A stretch of DNA of 63,165 bases, the filler included. It is 4 parts of 4 records of this genome, joined end to end, with 100 filler letters (N's around TTAATTAATTAA, not from the genome) between each part and the next. Parts side by side here need not be neighbours in the genome. Positions count along the whole stretch, not along the records: positions 1 to 27,593 come from DRR723986_5611; 3 more parts are not named here. One strand, given 5' to 3'. Below the pieces are notes generated by a model. The model was not told the DNA's origin. It did not search any database and was given only the letters and a program-made list of their open reading frames with translations. Of this stretch, positions 1 to 8,610 are shown in pieces. Numbering within the stretch: the first letter of the stretch is position 1; each line of letters opens with the position of its first letter. A program made the translations under genes and the position numbers.

Positions 1-28
1 TCAGGTTCGAATCCTGACGGGCGGGCCA
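1..28 (+). tRNA. 3' portion of a tRNA (T-arm, acceptor strand, CCA), Arg-like; truncated by the window edge or an att duplicate
   Basis: TCAGG-TTCGAAT-CCTGA T-arm, then CGGGCGG-G-CCA; resembles the 3' end of proteobacterial tRNA-Arg; anticodon not visible. Confidence 0.8.
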
Positions 29-36
29 TTATTATC

Positions 37-67
37 AAAGGCTTGCGTGAAAACGCAGGCCTTTTTT
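37..67 (+). terminator. Rho-independent terminator after the tRNA
   Basis: AAAGGCTTGCGT-GAAA-ACGCAGGCCTTT hairpin followed by a T-run. Confidence 0.8.
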
Positions 68-221
68 GTTTGTATGTGACCAAATAGTGCCGTGACAGCG
101 CCCGATCATTTTAGGCTCGAGCACAACCGCTCATCAGGTTGAGCCTTTGCACGGATTCCACCTCACAGTATTTGTGACTCAGCCACAATTAACTATCCAA
201 GCAAAAAAGCTTACTAGGTGT

Positions 222-247
222 TGTCAGCTTTGGTCGCAAAGCCGACA
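222..247. repeat. Short REP-like palindrome
   Basis: TGTCAGCTTT-GGTCGC-AAAGCCGACA, 10-bp arms with 1 mismatch; related arms at 3991-4053. Confidence 0.5.
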
Positions 248-365
248 CTCGGGTCTTGGATCCACACCCAAGCTGGCCAGCCCCAGAACCAGTAAAAACG
301 GAGTTCTATGCATCTTGTAAGGTGCCCGTTAGAAACATTGTCGGGAGTCACAGAGCTATAAGCCA

Positions 366-737
366 CTAGCGCTTGCCGGACCATTGACCGTCCACGTTAA
401 TAATCCTGCACGGGTGATCCGCTTCATGCCTCCCATTATTCTTCCGACAATCGATCAAGGCATTTTGTATGGCGTGCGTTGCTGACGTGCGGTTTGATTT
501 CCAGGACCAGGCACCAACAGCAGACTGGGCAAACGCCTTGTGCCTGGTGGCACTGACGTAGCCCTCCCGGTACGACTTTAGGGCTTGATTAGTCATGATC
601 CAGTCCTCACCGACGGCAGCCTGTTCAAAAACAGGCTCTGCGGCGCTCACTTCGCTGGATGAAGTGGCTACAGGCTTTTCATAGGAAGCACAGCCGGCCA
701 GTAAGGCGACAGACAAAACTAGAATTCCCTGTTTCAC
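366..737 (-). CDS. Hypothetical lipoprotein
   Basis: GTG start after AAGGAG; signal peptide with lipobox LLAGC; 123 aa. Confidence 0.75.
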   Translation of the reverse strand: MKQGILVLSVALLAGCASYEKPVATSSSEVSAAEPVFEQAAVGEDWIMTNQALKSYREGYVSATRHKAFAQSAVGAWSWKSNRTSATHAIQNALIDCRKNNGRHEADHPCRIINVDGQWSGKR

Positions 738-1589
738 ATTTGACTCCTTGATTGAATGATTGTCTCACTCTTCTTCAAACATCGTTTCATAATTCTGATC
801 GTTTTTCGGTTTACATTCCGCTCGATCAGCCTCGGTTTTGCTCTTTTTTAGCTATAAATCAGCGAGGTAGGCTTCATCAACTCTGGTTTCCGGTAACCGT
901 AGCGAATCAGCGATGGAACTGAAACAGGAATGCTCACACATTGGCTAGAACGGCAGGGTTCATATGAAATTGCGCCCAAGTTCACACCGCCTGAAAACCC
1001 GTAACGCAACAAATGCCACGCCCCCAACCAACGCAATATTCAAAGATAGGTTAGCAAATGATACCCATGTCGGATATTCCTGGGGAAGCATGAGAGCATG
1101 GGCGAAGGACGTAAGTTCCTGAGCCCGGTGCGTTGAAACAAAAAGCTCCGGGCCCGTTCTGCACAGGTAAACAACAGTTCGCTATCCACCGGTAGGCAGA
1201 CCGTTTCACGCCGTTCAGTTTGAGAGTGTTGACGAGTCAATAGATAACCCCATTCGCCACCTTTTAGTCAGGAGCCGGCAACAGCATATCAATAGCAATT
1301 GTAGGTTACGGGATAACACTATGCGCAACTGGAACTCATAGCATAGACGTCAGATTTATTTACAGAACTGATAGGTTATCAACGCGCCTTCTGAAATTTT
1401 ATATATAAATCAGAATAGTAGGATATGGACTCTAAATTGCATATTTTGGAAAGGGTTTAACGGGCGATTACCGTTTTTTCTCATAAGCAAACAACGCAAT
1501 CACAAAGTCCAGTGCTGTATAGCTAGCCACCAATCATAGATTTACCGCCTCTGCGGTGATTTGGATATCAAATAGAGCGAAATATAAAG

Positions 1590-2576
1590 ATGACACTACT
1601 ATTCAGAATACTTATTACTGTTTTCGTACTATCGCTAGCCGGTTGTGGCGGTGGTGGTGGAGGCACAAACAGCGGCACTAGTGCTGACGACGGCAGCGGT
1701 GCCATCGACGGCGGCCAGACTGACGAGGACTCAACCGCCGATTCGGACAGCACTACAATAACATTGGGCGGCTCGGATATTACATCGCTGGGTAGTACCG
1801 CCGAAGTTAGTTTCTATGCCTTCCGAGAAGGCATAGCCGGCTCCAACTTGTTTCTCTCTGCTACCAGTAGCGGGACAGCGATGAATTTTGTGCGTTTCGG
1901 CCTGGGCGAGCTCACGGAGTCAGATGTGGACCCGACGTCGTTTGCTTCCGATCAGTCAGATGCCGTGGTTTTTAATATTACTGACATTGGGGTTTCAATT
2001 CGCATTAACAAAAATGGCGTGTCATACCTTTACAGCGCTACGTGTTTATCAGGTTGCAGTGGCGTCAATTTTGATACTTCATCCAGAACTCTGATACTGG
2101 ATGAGGTGGTATTGGCCCCCACTATTGGAGGCGAATCAAATAGCCAGGCGACCGACAATTTAACACTTGATGGAACCATTATCTGGACAGAAGCTGACGA
2201 AAACCCACTTACCCCTCCCTATGACTCCGGCACCGGGGAAGCCCCTGATCGGACTTCCGGTGTTACTCTTGCCGATATTACTGGAGTCTGGGACAGCGGG
2301 GTCGGCGACGATGAGGTCTACACCGTGTTGAAAGCTGATGGGACCTATATATCCTATGACTATATGGGTGACGCGGTCGATATGGGTGCAAATTGCTACG
2401 ACGTAGAAACTGACAGCATTACCGACTTGGGTAGTGGCCGGTTCCGACTCGGTGAAGACCGATTTGGCACCTTCTATTTTTCTGGTGACTCACTTGCTTT
2501 TGAGGCACCAGAAGGGACCTATTTCCTCGAAAGCACCACTCTGCTTGAAACAGATTTTTCTCCGCTGTGTAACTGA
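1590..2576 (+). CDS. Hypothetical lipoprotein with Gly/Ser/Asp-rich linker
   Basis: Lipobox LAGC followed by poly-Gly; 328 aa. Confidence 0.8.
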   Translation: MTLLFRILITVFVLSLAGCGGGGGGTNSGTSADDGSGAIDGGQTDEDSTADSDSTTITLGGSDITSLGSTAEVSFYAFREGIAGSNLFLSATSSGTAMNFVRFGLGELTESDVDPTSFASDQSDAVVFNITDIGVSIRINKNGVSYLYSATCLSGCSGVNFDTSSRTLILDEVVLAPTIGGESNSQATDNLTLDGTIIWTEADENPLTPPYDSGTGEAPDRTSGVTLADITGVWDSGVGDDEVYTVLKADGTYISYDYMGDAVDMGANCYDVETDSITDLGSGRFRLGEDRFGTFYFSGDSLAFEAPEGTYFLESTTLLETDFSPLCN

Positions 2577-2583
2577 TCGTTGA

Positions 2584-2613
2584 GGCCTGGTAGTGGTTAT
2601 GGCCTACCAGGCC
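2584..2613 (+). terminator. Hairpin after the lipoprotein gene
   Basis: GGCCTGGTAG-N10-CTACCAGGCC; weak U-tract. Confidence 0.45.
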
Positions 2614-2902
2614 GATCTCGTTTTTCCGATAAAGTGATAATCTCTGGTGGGTTCCATGTCTCTACCAATTAACAGCTCGTTACAGAGGCTCCCTGTTAAA
2701 AATCTGCAGCACAGTGCAGATTAATAAACAGCACTAAATGGGCCGGTTTTAGGTAATTTTCATTATACGCTCAGTAGAGCTACGGGCAGATTTGTACACC
2801 AAATTGGCCTCTGAACCAGGTCAATTGTGTTGCTTACATCCAGTCTTTCCGTCAGGGCAATTGCCGAAGGCAGGCAACACACGAAACAATCAGGAGTCAG
2901 AG

Positions 2903-3886
2903 GTGACGGTAAAAGGCGGGTTGGCATGGCTGTGTCTTCTGGTACTACCCGTCATGCAAGTGCATGGCGACACACTAAAAATACTCAATACAGAACAACA
3001 GGCGCTGTACGACCAGGCAGTCCGGCAAAACTCAATTGATTCGCTGATTCAGGTAAAAACGAAAGATTCACTGATGGTACTGGCTGTCATCTATTCCAGT
3101 GATCACATCAGAGGCCTGCCCCGGGATTACACCAAATCTGCCCACTACGCCCACATGGCCTGGAAGCAGGGCGCTGAATTTGCCCCGATGCTTCATCTCG
3201 CAGCCTGTGGCTCACTCAATGCACAAAAGAGCAAAAAGCGTTCGGTGGTGTACCCTGAATACTGTGAACAGGCGATATCGTATGAGGTCATGGGCGCGCT
3301 CCTGGAGCGCGCACAGAAGGCCGCAAACCAGCGTGAACTGGCCGCAGCCAAAGCCCGGATACGAGAGAGGGAAAGACGGGAAACTCCAGCCAGGATTAGC
3401 TCACCCGATGGATGGTATCTGGTATCCGGTAACGGCGTGTCAAAAATGTCCGTCACTTTGCCGGTCGATCAATCCGGCCGGTATAAGTTTAAGGCAGTCG
3501 TCGTAGAGACCGCCTACCCCCAATACTTCAAGACCGGGTATGACTATGAGAGAGGTTGGTGGTACCCGTCGACTCAACAAATATACAGCCACCATTACAA
3601 CATCAAACTGGGAAACGAGCACTGCAATGACTGGGGCAATTACAATTGGGGGTTCCAGTTCAAGCCGGAAAAAGTCTGGGTGGGCGTGGAACTGATGCCT
3701 GCCTTTAAAGCGTCCTGGGACTACCCTCGCAACCGCGCGCCCCAAAGGCAATGTGTCAATGAAACCACTGACAGAAACAATTGCCAGGTGGTGCGCTGCG
3801 CCGAATGGAGAGACCCGGAACCCCACAGATACATTGTGCGCTCCAAAGAAGACGCGATCGAATTGTATCACTCGATTTCCCGCTAG
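2903..3886 (+). CDS. Hypothetical exported protein with one Sel1-like repeat and a Cys-rich C-terminus
   Basis: GTG at 2903 after CAGGAG; signal-peptide-like N-terminus; LAVIYSSDHIRGLPRDYTKSAHYAHMAWKQG resembles Sel1. Confidence 0.65.
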   Translation: MTVKGGLAWLCLLVLPVMQVHGDTLKILNTEQQALYDQAVRQNSIDSLIQVKTKDSLMVLAVIYSSDHIRGLPRDYTKSAHYAHMAWKQGAEFAPMLHLAACGSLNAQKSKKRSVVYPEYCEQAISYEVMGALLERAQKAANQRELAAAKARIRERERRETPARISSPDGWYLVSGNGVSKMSVTLPVDQSGRYKFKAVVVETAYPQYFKTGYDYERGWWYPSTQQIYSHHYNIKLGNEHCNDWGNYNWGFQFKPEKVWVGVELMPAFKASWDYPRNRAPQRQCVNETTDRNNCQVVRCAEWRDPEPHRYIVRSKEDAIELYHSISR

Positions 3887-3990
3887 AGTCTGTATTTGGC
3901 TTGGTGGGCCTTCGATTTCCCCCTCCCTTTGATTATCCCTTTCAGATCCGCAGGTGATTGGCTTGAAGGCTCTGGAGCAAAGCCCTAACG

Positions 3991-4053
3991 CGAATGTCCG
4001 CTTTTGTTTCCAGTGCCGGCTGGAATGTGGGGTGGTCGTAAAGCGAACATTCG
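3991..4053. repeat. Inverted repeat element
   Basis: CGAATGTCCGCTTT ... AAAGCGAACATTCG, 14-bp arms with 1 mismatch. Confidence 0.55.
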
Positions 4054-4060
4054 GTGTACG

Positions 4061-4128
4061 GGATAACGTCTTGTTTACCGAAAAATAGGAGTGCAGCGAG
4101 TCATTTCCCGAGTGCAGTCATGGGATGA
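4061..4128 (-). other. Degenerate attC-like site 1
   Basis: Minus strand CATCCCATGACTGCACTCGGGAAATGACTCGCTGCACTCCTATTTTTCGGTAAACAAGACGTTATCC; imperfect palindrome ending in GTTA, just after the stop codon. Confidence 0.55.
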
Positions 4129-4136
4129 CCCACCGC

Positions 4137-4529
4137 CTAGTTTGTGTGAGGTGCCTGGAAGAGCTCAAAAAAATCGCCGGCAGAATACAAAGTCATCACC
4201 CCAAGAAAACCGAACCCTGCGAAGACACCAGCGGCATACACACGCCACGCATACTGCCGGATACCATCATCGTGGTTACCAGCAGCGACCCAAAGCCGGA
4301 TCGCACTATAAGGAAGCCAGAAATATAGAACTGCAGCTATTGGGATCATCGTGAACGCTGGCAAAATCCAAATTGAGACTTGCGGCGGTACGACATCGGC
4401 ATAACGAATTAACAATTTTGGTATGACAAAAGCCGCCAACACCAGCCAAACGAACAGATACACCGAATACAGCAAGTGCTCGATCAAAAATATACGAACA
4501 GGTTTCCTGGTCACATTCATGAAAATCAC
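4137..4529 (-). CDS. Hypothetical membrane protein (cassette)
   Basis: Three hydrophobic segments; lies between attC-like sites; alternative ATG at 4520. Confidence 0.65.
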   Translation of the reverse strand: MIFMNVTRKPVRIFLIEHLLYSVYLFVWLVLAAFVIPKLLIRYADVVPPQVSIWILPAFTMIPIAAVLYFWLPYSAIRLWVAAGNHDDGIRQYAWRVYAAGVFAGFGFLGVMTLYSAGDFFELFQAPHTN

Positions 4530-4601
4530 TCATAGCGCTGAGCGCACGGGTGGCGTTTTTCGAGCGGAGAAAAGGCCTTCTGCGGACGCTCTTGGTTAAT
4601 C
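4530..4601 (-). other. Degenerate attC-like site 2
   Basis: Minus strand GATTAAC CAAGAGCG...GTGCGCTCAGC GCTATGA; the cupin stop TAA lies inside the inverse core. Confidence 0.55.
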
Positions 4602-4910
4602 GGCTTGTTCAAACCAGAACTCTATTTCGTCGGTATCCTGTTCGAATTCGGCTGCGTGCTCCACTCCTGCCGGAACGCAATACCAATCACCTACACCATA
4701 TCGCTCGACTCGCCCCTGTATGGTGAGAATCAATTCACCCCGTATAATCACACCATAATTCTCGGTCTCATGGGAGTGAAGTGGGATACTGGTTCCTGAA
4801 GGATAAGAGGCAAACAATACATCTGCACCCTCCGCAGCGAGCTTGTAAGCATCGAACCGCCCATCGAAAAGAGGCAGTGTACGAATTTTATCTGGATAAT
4901 TCCCTGGCAT
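4596..4910 (-). CDS. Cupin-domain protein (cassette)
   Basis: PLHSH-E and PAGVEH cupin motifs; GGAGG RBS. Confidence 0.85.
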   Translation of the reverse strand: MPGNYPDKIRTLPLFDGRFDAYKLAAEGADVLFASYPSGTSIPLHSHETENYGVIIRGELILTIQGRVERYGVGDWYCVPAGVEHAAEFEQDTDEIEFWFEQAD

Positions 4911-5003
4911 TGAAACCTCCTTTGTTTCGACCAAAAATATGGGAGTGTAGCGGTCAAAAACAGGTTGATATACCGCCGTGCTCCTAGGCTAATTTTTATA
5001 ATG

Positions 5004-5087
5004 CTATGACGCCGCCAGCATGCGCGACGGCAAAATGGAGGCGAAGCCGCAAGGTAGTAGGCGTCGCTGTAACCGGTATGGTTATGT
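5004..5087 (-). other. Degenerate attC-like site 3
   Basis: Minus strand ACATAAC...CAGCGACG...GCGGCTTCGCCTCC...CGTCGCGCATGCTGGCGGC GTCATAG; the glyoxalase stop lies inside the inverse core. Confidence 0.7.
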
Positions 5088-5447
5088 GGTTGAGCATTCA
5101 TTGAACAAGATTCTGTTTGAGAACGGATCTACCACTTCAAATATTCTGTCGCCCCACGGGGCTATTGTCATTTCCGGGCGACTGTACCTGTAACCATGCG
5201 AAGTTACTTCATCATACAAGCCGTCGAGATCATCAGTATTCACAAAAGTTTTGGAGCCGGGTGTGCAGTCTCCGGAATGTTCGCTAAGGTGAAGAACCAG
5301 ATCACCCTTAGAAACTTGAATATAGATGGGAAAGCCCACCTCGAAACGGTGCTCCCAGTCCAACGACATGCCGAGAAATTCTAGATAAAACTCCTTGGCC
5401 TTGGCCTCATCAAAAATTCGGATTACCGGGATGGTTTGAAATCGCAT
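5082..5447 (-). CDS. Glyoxalase/bleomycin-resistance (VOC) family protein (cassette)
   Basis: IPVIRIFDEAKAKEFY, LHLSEHSGD and PWG..VVDPFSNRI motifs. Confidence 0.9.
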   Translation of the reverse strand: MRFQTIPVIRIFDEAKAKEFYLEFLGMSLDWEHRFEVGFPIYIQVSKGDLVLHLSEHSGDCTPGSKTFVNTDDLDGLYDEVTSHGYRYSRPEMTIAPWGDRIFEVVDPFSNRILFNECSTT

Positions 5448-5462
5448 CCATGCTCTCCCTAC

Positions 5463-5541
5463 GCAAAACGCGCGGCTTACGCTCTGTTTTGGAACCGTCA
5501 AAAAGCGGAAGACCGGTCGCTGTGCAGCCGATTTATTAAAT
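5463..5541 (-). other. Degenerate attC-like site 4
   Basis: Minus strand ATTTAAT AAATCGGCTGCACAGCGACCGG...GCGTAAGCCGCGC GTTTTGC; the methyltransferase stop lies inside the inverse core. Confidence 0.7.
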
Positions 5542-6123
5542 GATTTTCTGGGCAACTACAGAGTAGGTGTGCCAGTGCTTCTTCCGCCCGACTAAGGTCA
5601 CGCCCTCGGAATTATGCTCACAAACATCGATAATTTCATAGCTGCCACCAAACAGCTCCTCCAAAGCAGATCGCGTGTGAATGGTCAGGTCACCACGCCC
5701 TAGCTTTGCCCATGAATCGTCAGGCCCCATAAAGTGTCCGCAAAATACGCCCCCAGACACTAGTGACTGGGAGATACCGTCCCAGGTCCGAGAAAACAGT
5801 TCCGGCTTACAAAAGAATAAGCTGGAGCATGCGTTAACTAGCGATGACTTCGGGTACTCATAGTTTTCGAAGCTACAAACTTGAGGCAATAATCTCTCGC
5901 TGGAACGCCCTCGCCCCATCAAACTAGCTATCGCAGCTTCACTTTTGTCAAATGCGTATACTGTGAAGCCACGATCAACTAAAAACAGTGCATCGCGACC
6001 AGCTCCGCAACCCACATCTACCGCAACCTTTGGCAGCAAGGGGTCAATTAACTCGAGGGCGGTCTTTAGGTGAGGATATACCTCCACTTCCAACGACCGT
6101 TCATGGTATATCTGCTCACTCAT
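5536..6123 (-). CDS. Class I SAM-dependent methyltransferase, TehB-like (cassette)
   Basis: VDVGCGAGRD motif I; C-terminal KHWH.YSVVA. Confidence 0.9.
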   Translation of the reverse strand: MSEQIYHERSLEVEVYPHLKTALELIDPLLPKVAVDVGCGAGRDALFLVDRGFTVYAFDKSEAAIASLMGRGRSSERLLPQVCSFENYEYPKSSLVNACSSLFFCKPELFSRTWDGISQSLVSGGVFCGHFMGPDDSWAKLGRGDLTIHTRSALEELFGGSYEIIDVCEHNSEGVTLVGRKKHWHTYSVVAQKII

Positions 6124-6139
6124 CCTCAACTCCATGTGC

Positions 6140-6213
6140 ATTTAACGCCCGCCATCACCGACGAGAAAACCGGAGCGAAGCGAAGGTTTGGCCTGTGCAT
6201 GGCCTTGGTACAG
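6140..6213 (-). other. attC-like site 5 with intact GTTRRRY core
   Basis: Minus strand ...CCATGCACAGGCCAAACCTTCGCTTCGCTCCGGTTTTCTCGTCGGTGATGGCGGGC GTTAAAT. Confidence 0.7.
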
Positions 6214-6260
6214 TAAACACCTGATAATGTTACACTAAACTCAAATCTACAAGTGTTGGC

Positions 6261-6454
6261 AAGAGCGGAAAGCGACACTCCGAACAATTCAAGGTTGAGG
6301 CGGTCAAACAGGTCACGGCTCGTGACTATAAAGTAACCGATATGTGTCGGAGGCTGGGAACTTCCTCGGCCCGTCTGAACAAATAGATCAAGCTGTGTGG
6401 TGATGCTAACAGTAAACATCAAAAGATATTGAGCAGCAGGATGAGCTGCGCAGG
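6261..6454 (+). pseudogene. IS3-family transposase orfA remnant
   Basis: Manual translation SGKRHSEQFKVEAVKQVTARDYKVTDMCRRLGTSSARLNK*IKL...EQQDELRR; lost start, TAG at 6384, frameshift. Confidence 0.75.
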
Positions 6455-6489
6455 TACTTGTACGATAATTAGCCCACTCTTTCCCTTAT

Positions 6490-6591
6490 AAGGTGTTTGT
6501 CCAATGCGCTATTGATGCCGCCGTTGTTGTGACGGCCAGTCTCCACCAGCCCCCAGTAGCGGGGGAGTTCTTGGCATCTTTGGAATAGAGC
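6490..6591 (+). promoter_or_regulatory. Putative leader-peptide attenuator upstream of ABC-F
   Basis: AAGGTG then ATG CGC TAT TGA (MRY*, 6504-6515); GATGCC can pair with GGCATC near the ABC-F RBS; CCCCC-AGTAGC-GGGGG hairpin. Confidence 0.45.
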
Positions 6592-8205
6592 ATGACGAAT
6601 CCTCATCTCGTACTGAAAAACGTATCCCACGTTCTGTCAGACGGCAGAACTCTTTTCTCCGGCCTTCACGAGCAGTTCGATATGCGCTCAACAGGACTGG
6701 TCGGACGCAATGGTGTCGGTAAAACTCTGCTGGCACGAATCCTGGCTGGGTTGTTACAACCAACCACCGGCCACTGCCAGTGCTCCGGCAGCGTGCATTA
6801 TCTCGCCCAGCAAGTGGTCCACCCTGATGGTTCTACAGTGGCCGAGTTGGCGGGGGTAAAGCACACGCTGGATGCGCTAGCACGTATTGGGTCAGGCAGC
6901 ACAGCACCGGAGGATTTCGATGCCGTGGGTGATCACTGGGACATACACCAGCGACTCCGCTATGAACTTGAGCGCAATAACTTGAGCCACCTTGAAACAG
7001 ATACGCCTGCCAGCATCCTGAGCGGCGGAGAGGCAATGCGAATTTCCTTGATTGGTGCCATGCTCTCGGATGCAGACTTCCTGATTCTCGATGAGCCGAG
7101 CAACCATCTCGACCGACCAAACCGAAAGGCGCTGATCAAACAATTACAACGCTGGCCGCGTGGGCTGATCGTGATCAGCCATGATAGACAATTGCTGAAG
7201 TCCATGGAGCGCATCGTGGAATTGTCTTCCCTTGGGCTGCAAAGCTATGGAGGCAACTACTCATTTTACGCTGAGGCTAAGGCACACGAACGACAGAACG
7301 CTCTGCAAAACCTGAGTGACCGCAAACTTGAACGCCAGCGGCAGGAACAGGCGATGCGGAAGCAGCGTGTACGGCAGGAACAACGGCAAGCACGCGGTAA
7401 CCGGCGAGGCAAAGAGGCCAATCAAGCCAAGATTCTGTTGGATCGTCAGAAAGAGCGCAGCGAAACATCGTCAGGCGCGCTGCGCCAGAAACAGGCCTCC
7501 AACCGGGCACAACTCAACCAACGCGTGCGTGAAGCCTCACAGCAAGTTGAAGATGAGCCACAAATAACCCTGCATGAGATACCAACCAAGCAGGCCACAA
7601 AGCGGCGCGTGGCCGAACTGAATGACGTGGTGCTACCGTACGTATCGGGAGCAAGCCAAACCATCAACCTGGTCTTGGGTGGAACACAGCGCATAGGTGT
7701 AGTCGGCCCGAACGGTTGTGGCAAATCCACGTTGCTTAAAGTGATCTCGGGCCTGGTTTCGCCTTTGGCTGGGGTATCCAAGGTAACGTCGGAGAGCGCG
7801 TATCTCGATCAGAGATTAGAAAATCTGAACCCAGAGAGTACGGTTCTGGAACAGTTACGATTAGCCAATCGCAAAGCTGACGACGGGGACCTACGCATGC
7901 GCTTGGCGCAACTGGGACTTGACGCGCAGAAGGTAGTGATACCCAGCGGCTCGCTGAGCGGCGGTGAGCGCCTAAAGGGAGCTCTCGCTTGCATACTCTA
8001 CGCCGATTCACCACCGCAACTGCTGTTACTCGATGAACCGAATAACCACCTTGATTTGCCCTCAGTACAGGCATTGGAACTCATGTTGCGTAGTTACCAT
8101 GGCACGTTGATCGTGGTGTCGCATGATGACACATTTCTGGAAAACCTCGAACTAACAGATCGCTTGCTTGCTACTGAAAACGGCTGGAGTTTGGAGCCAC
8201 TTTGA
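6592..8205 (+). CDS. ABC-F family ribosome-associated ATPase
   Basis: Two ABC domains (GRNGVGKT / LSGGE / DEPSNHLD; GPNGCGKS / LSGGE / DEPNNHLD) with a coiled linker and no TM segments. Confidence 0.92.
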   Translation: MTNPHLVLKNVSHVLSDGRTLFSGLHEQFDMRSTGLVGRNGVGKTLLARILAGLLQPTTGHCQCSGSVHYLAQQVVHPDGSTVAELAGVKHTLDALARIGSGSTAPEDFDAVGDHWDIHQRLRYELERNNLSHLETDTPASILSGGEAMRISLIGAMLSDADFLILDEPSNHLDRPNRKALIKQLQRWPRGLIVISHDRQLLKSMERIVELSSLGLQSYGGNYSFYAEAKAHERQNALQNLSDRKLERQRQEQAMRKQRVRQEQRQARGNRRGKEANQAKILLDRQKERSETSSGALRQKQASNRAQLNQRVREASQQVEDEPQITLHEIPTKQATKRRVAELNDVVLPYVSGASQTINLVLGGTQRIGVVGPNGCGKSTLLKVISGLVSPLAGVSKVTSESAYLDQRLENLNPESTVLEQLRLANRKADDGDLRMRLAQLGLDAQKVVIPSGSLSGGERLKGALACILYADSPPQLLLLDEPNNHLDLPSVQALELMLRSYHGTLIVVSHDDTFLENLELTDRLLATENGWSLEPL

Positions 8206-8320
8206 CAGAAATGTCGCGTTTCCCATGAAAAACCATAGCTGCCTGACCCTACCCCAGAATTTAGGTCCATTTAAAACTGGAAAATCCGGCATGATAGAGC
8301 CCTGAGCAGGAGATCATGCC

Positions 8321-8587
8321 ATGAAGCGATCCCGTTACACCGAAGAGCAGATTGCCTTTGCCCTGAAGCAGGCCGAGCTGGGTATCCCGGTTCCCGAAGT
8401 CTGTCGCAAGATGGGCGTCTCGGATGCCACGTTCTACAACTGGCGCAAGAAGTATGGCGGCCTTGGCCCGTCCGAGCTGAAGCGGCTCAAGCAACTGGAG
8501 GAGGAAAACCATCGCCTCAAGAAGCTGGTGGCCGACTTGAGCCTGGACAAGGCTATGCTCCAGGATGTGGTGGCAAAAAAGCTCTGA
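8321..8587 (+). CDS. IS3 transposase OrfA (HTH)
   Basis: MKRSRYTEEQIAFALKQ...ATFYNWRKKYGG. Confidence 0.95.
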   Translation: MKRSRYTEEQIAFALKQAELGIPVPEVCRKMGVSDATFYNWRKKYGGLGPSELKRLKQLEEENHRLKKLVADLSLDKAMLQDVVAKKL

Positions 8588-8610
8588 GACCGCCTCGTAA
8601 ACGCCAACTG

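Noticed and set aside
848-1260. Short minus-strand ORFs (62 and 66 aa) and a hydrophobic frame
   Set aside because: No RBS or recognisable family; at most a decayed gene.
4061-6213. Spaced palindromes considered as a CRISPR array
   Set aside because: The repeats are not identical, the spacers are whole genes, and no cas genes are present; attC fits better.
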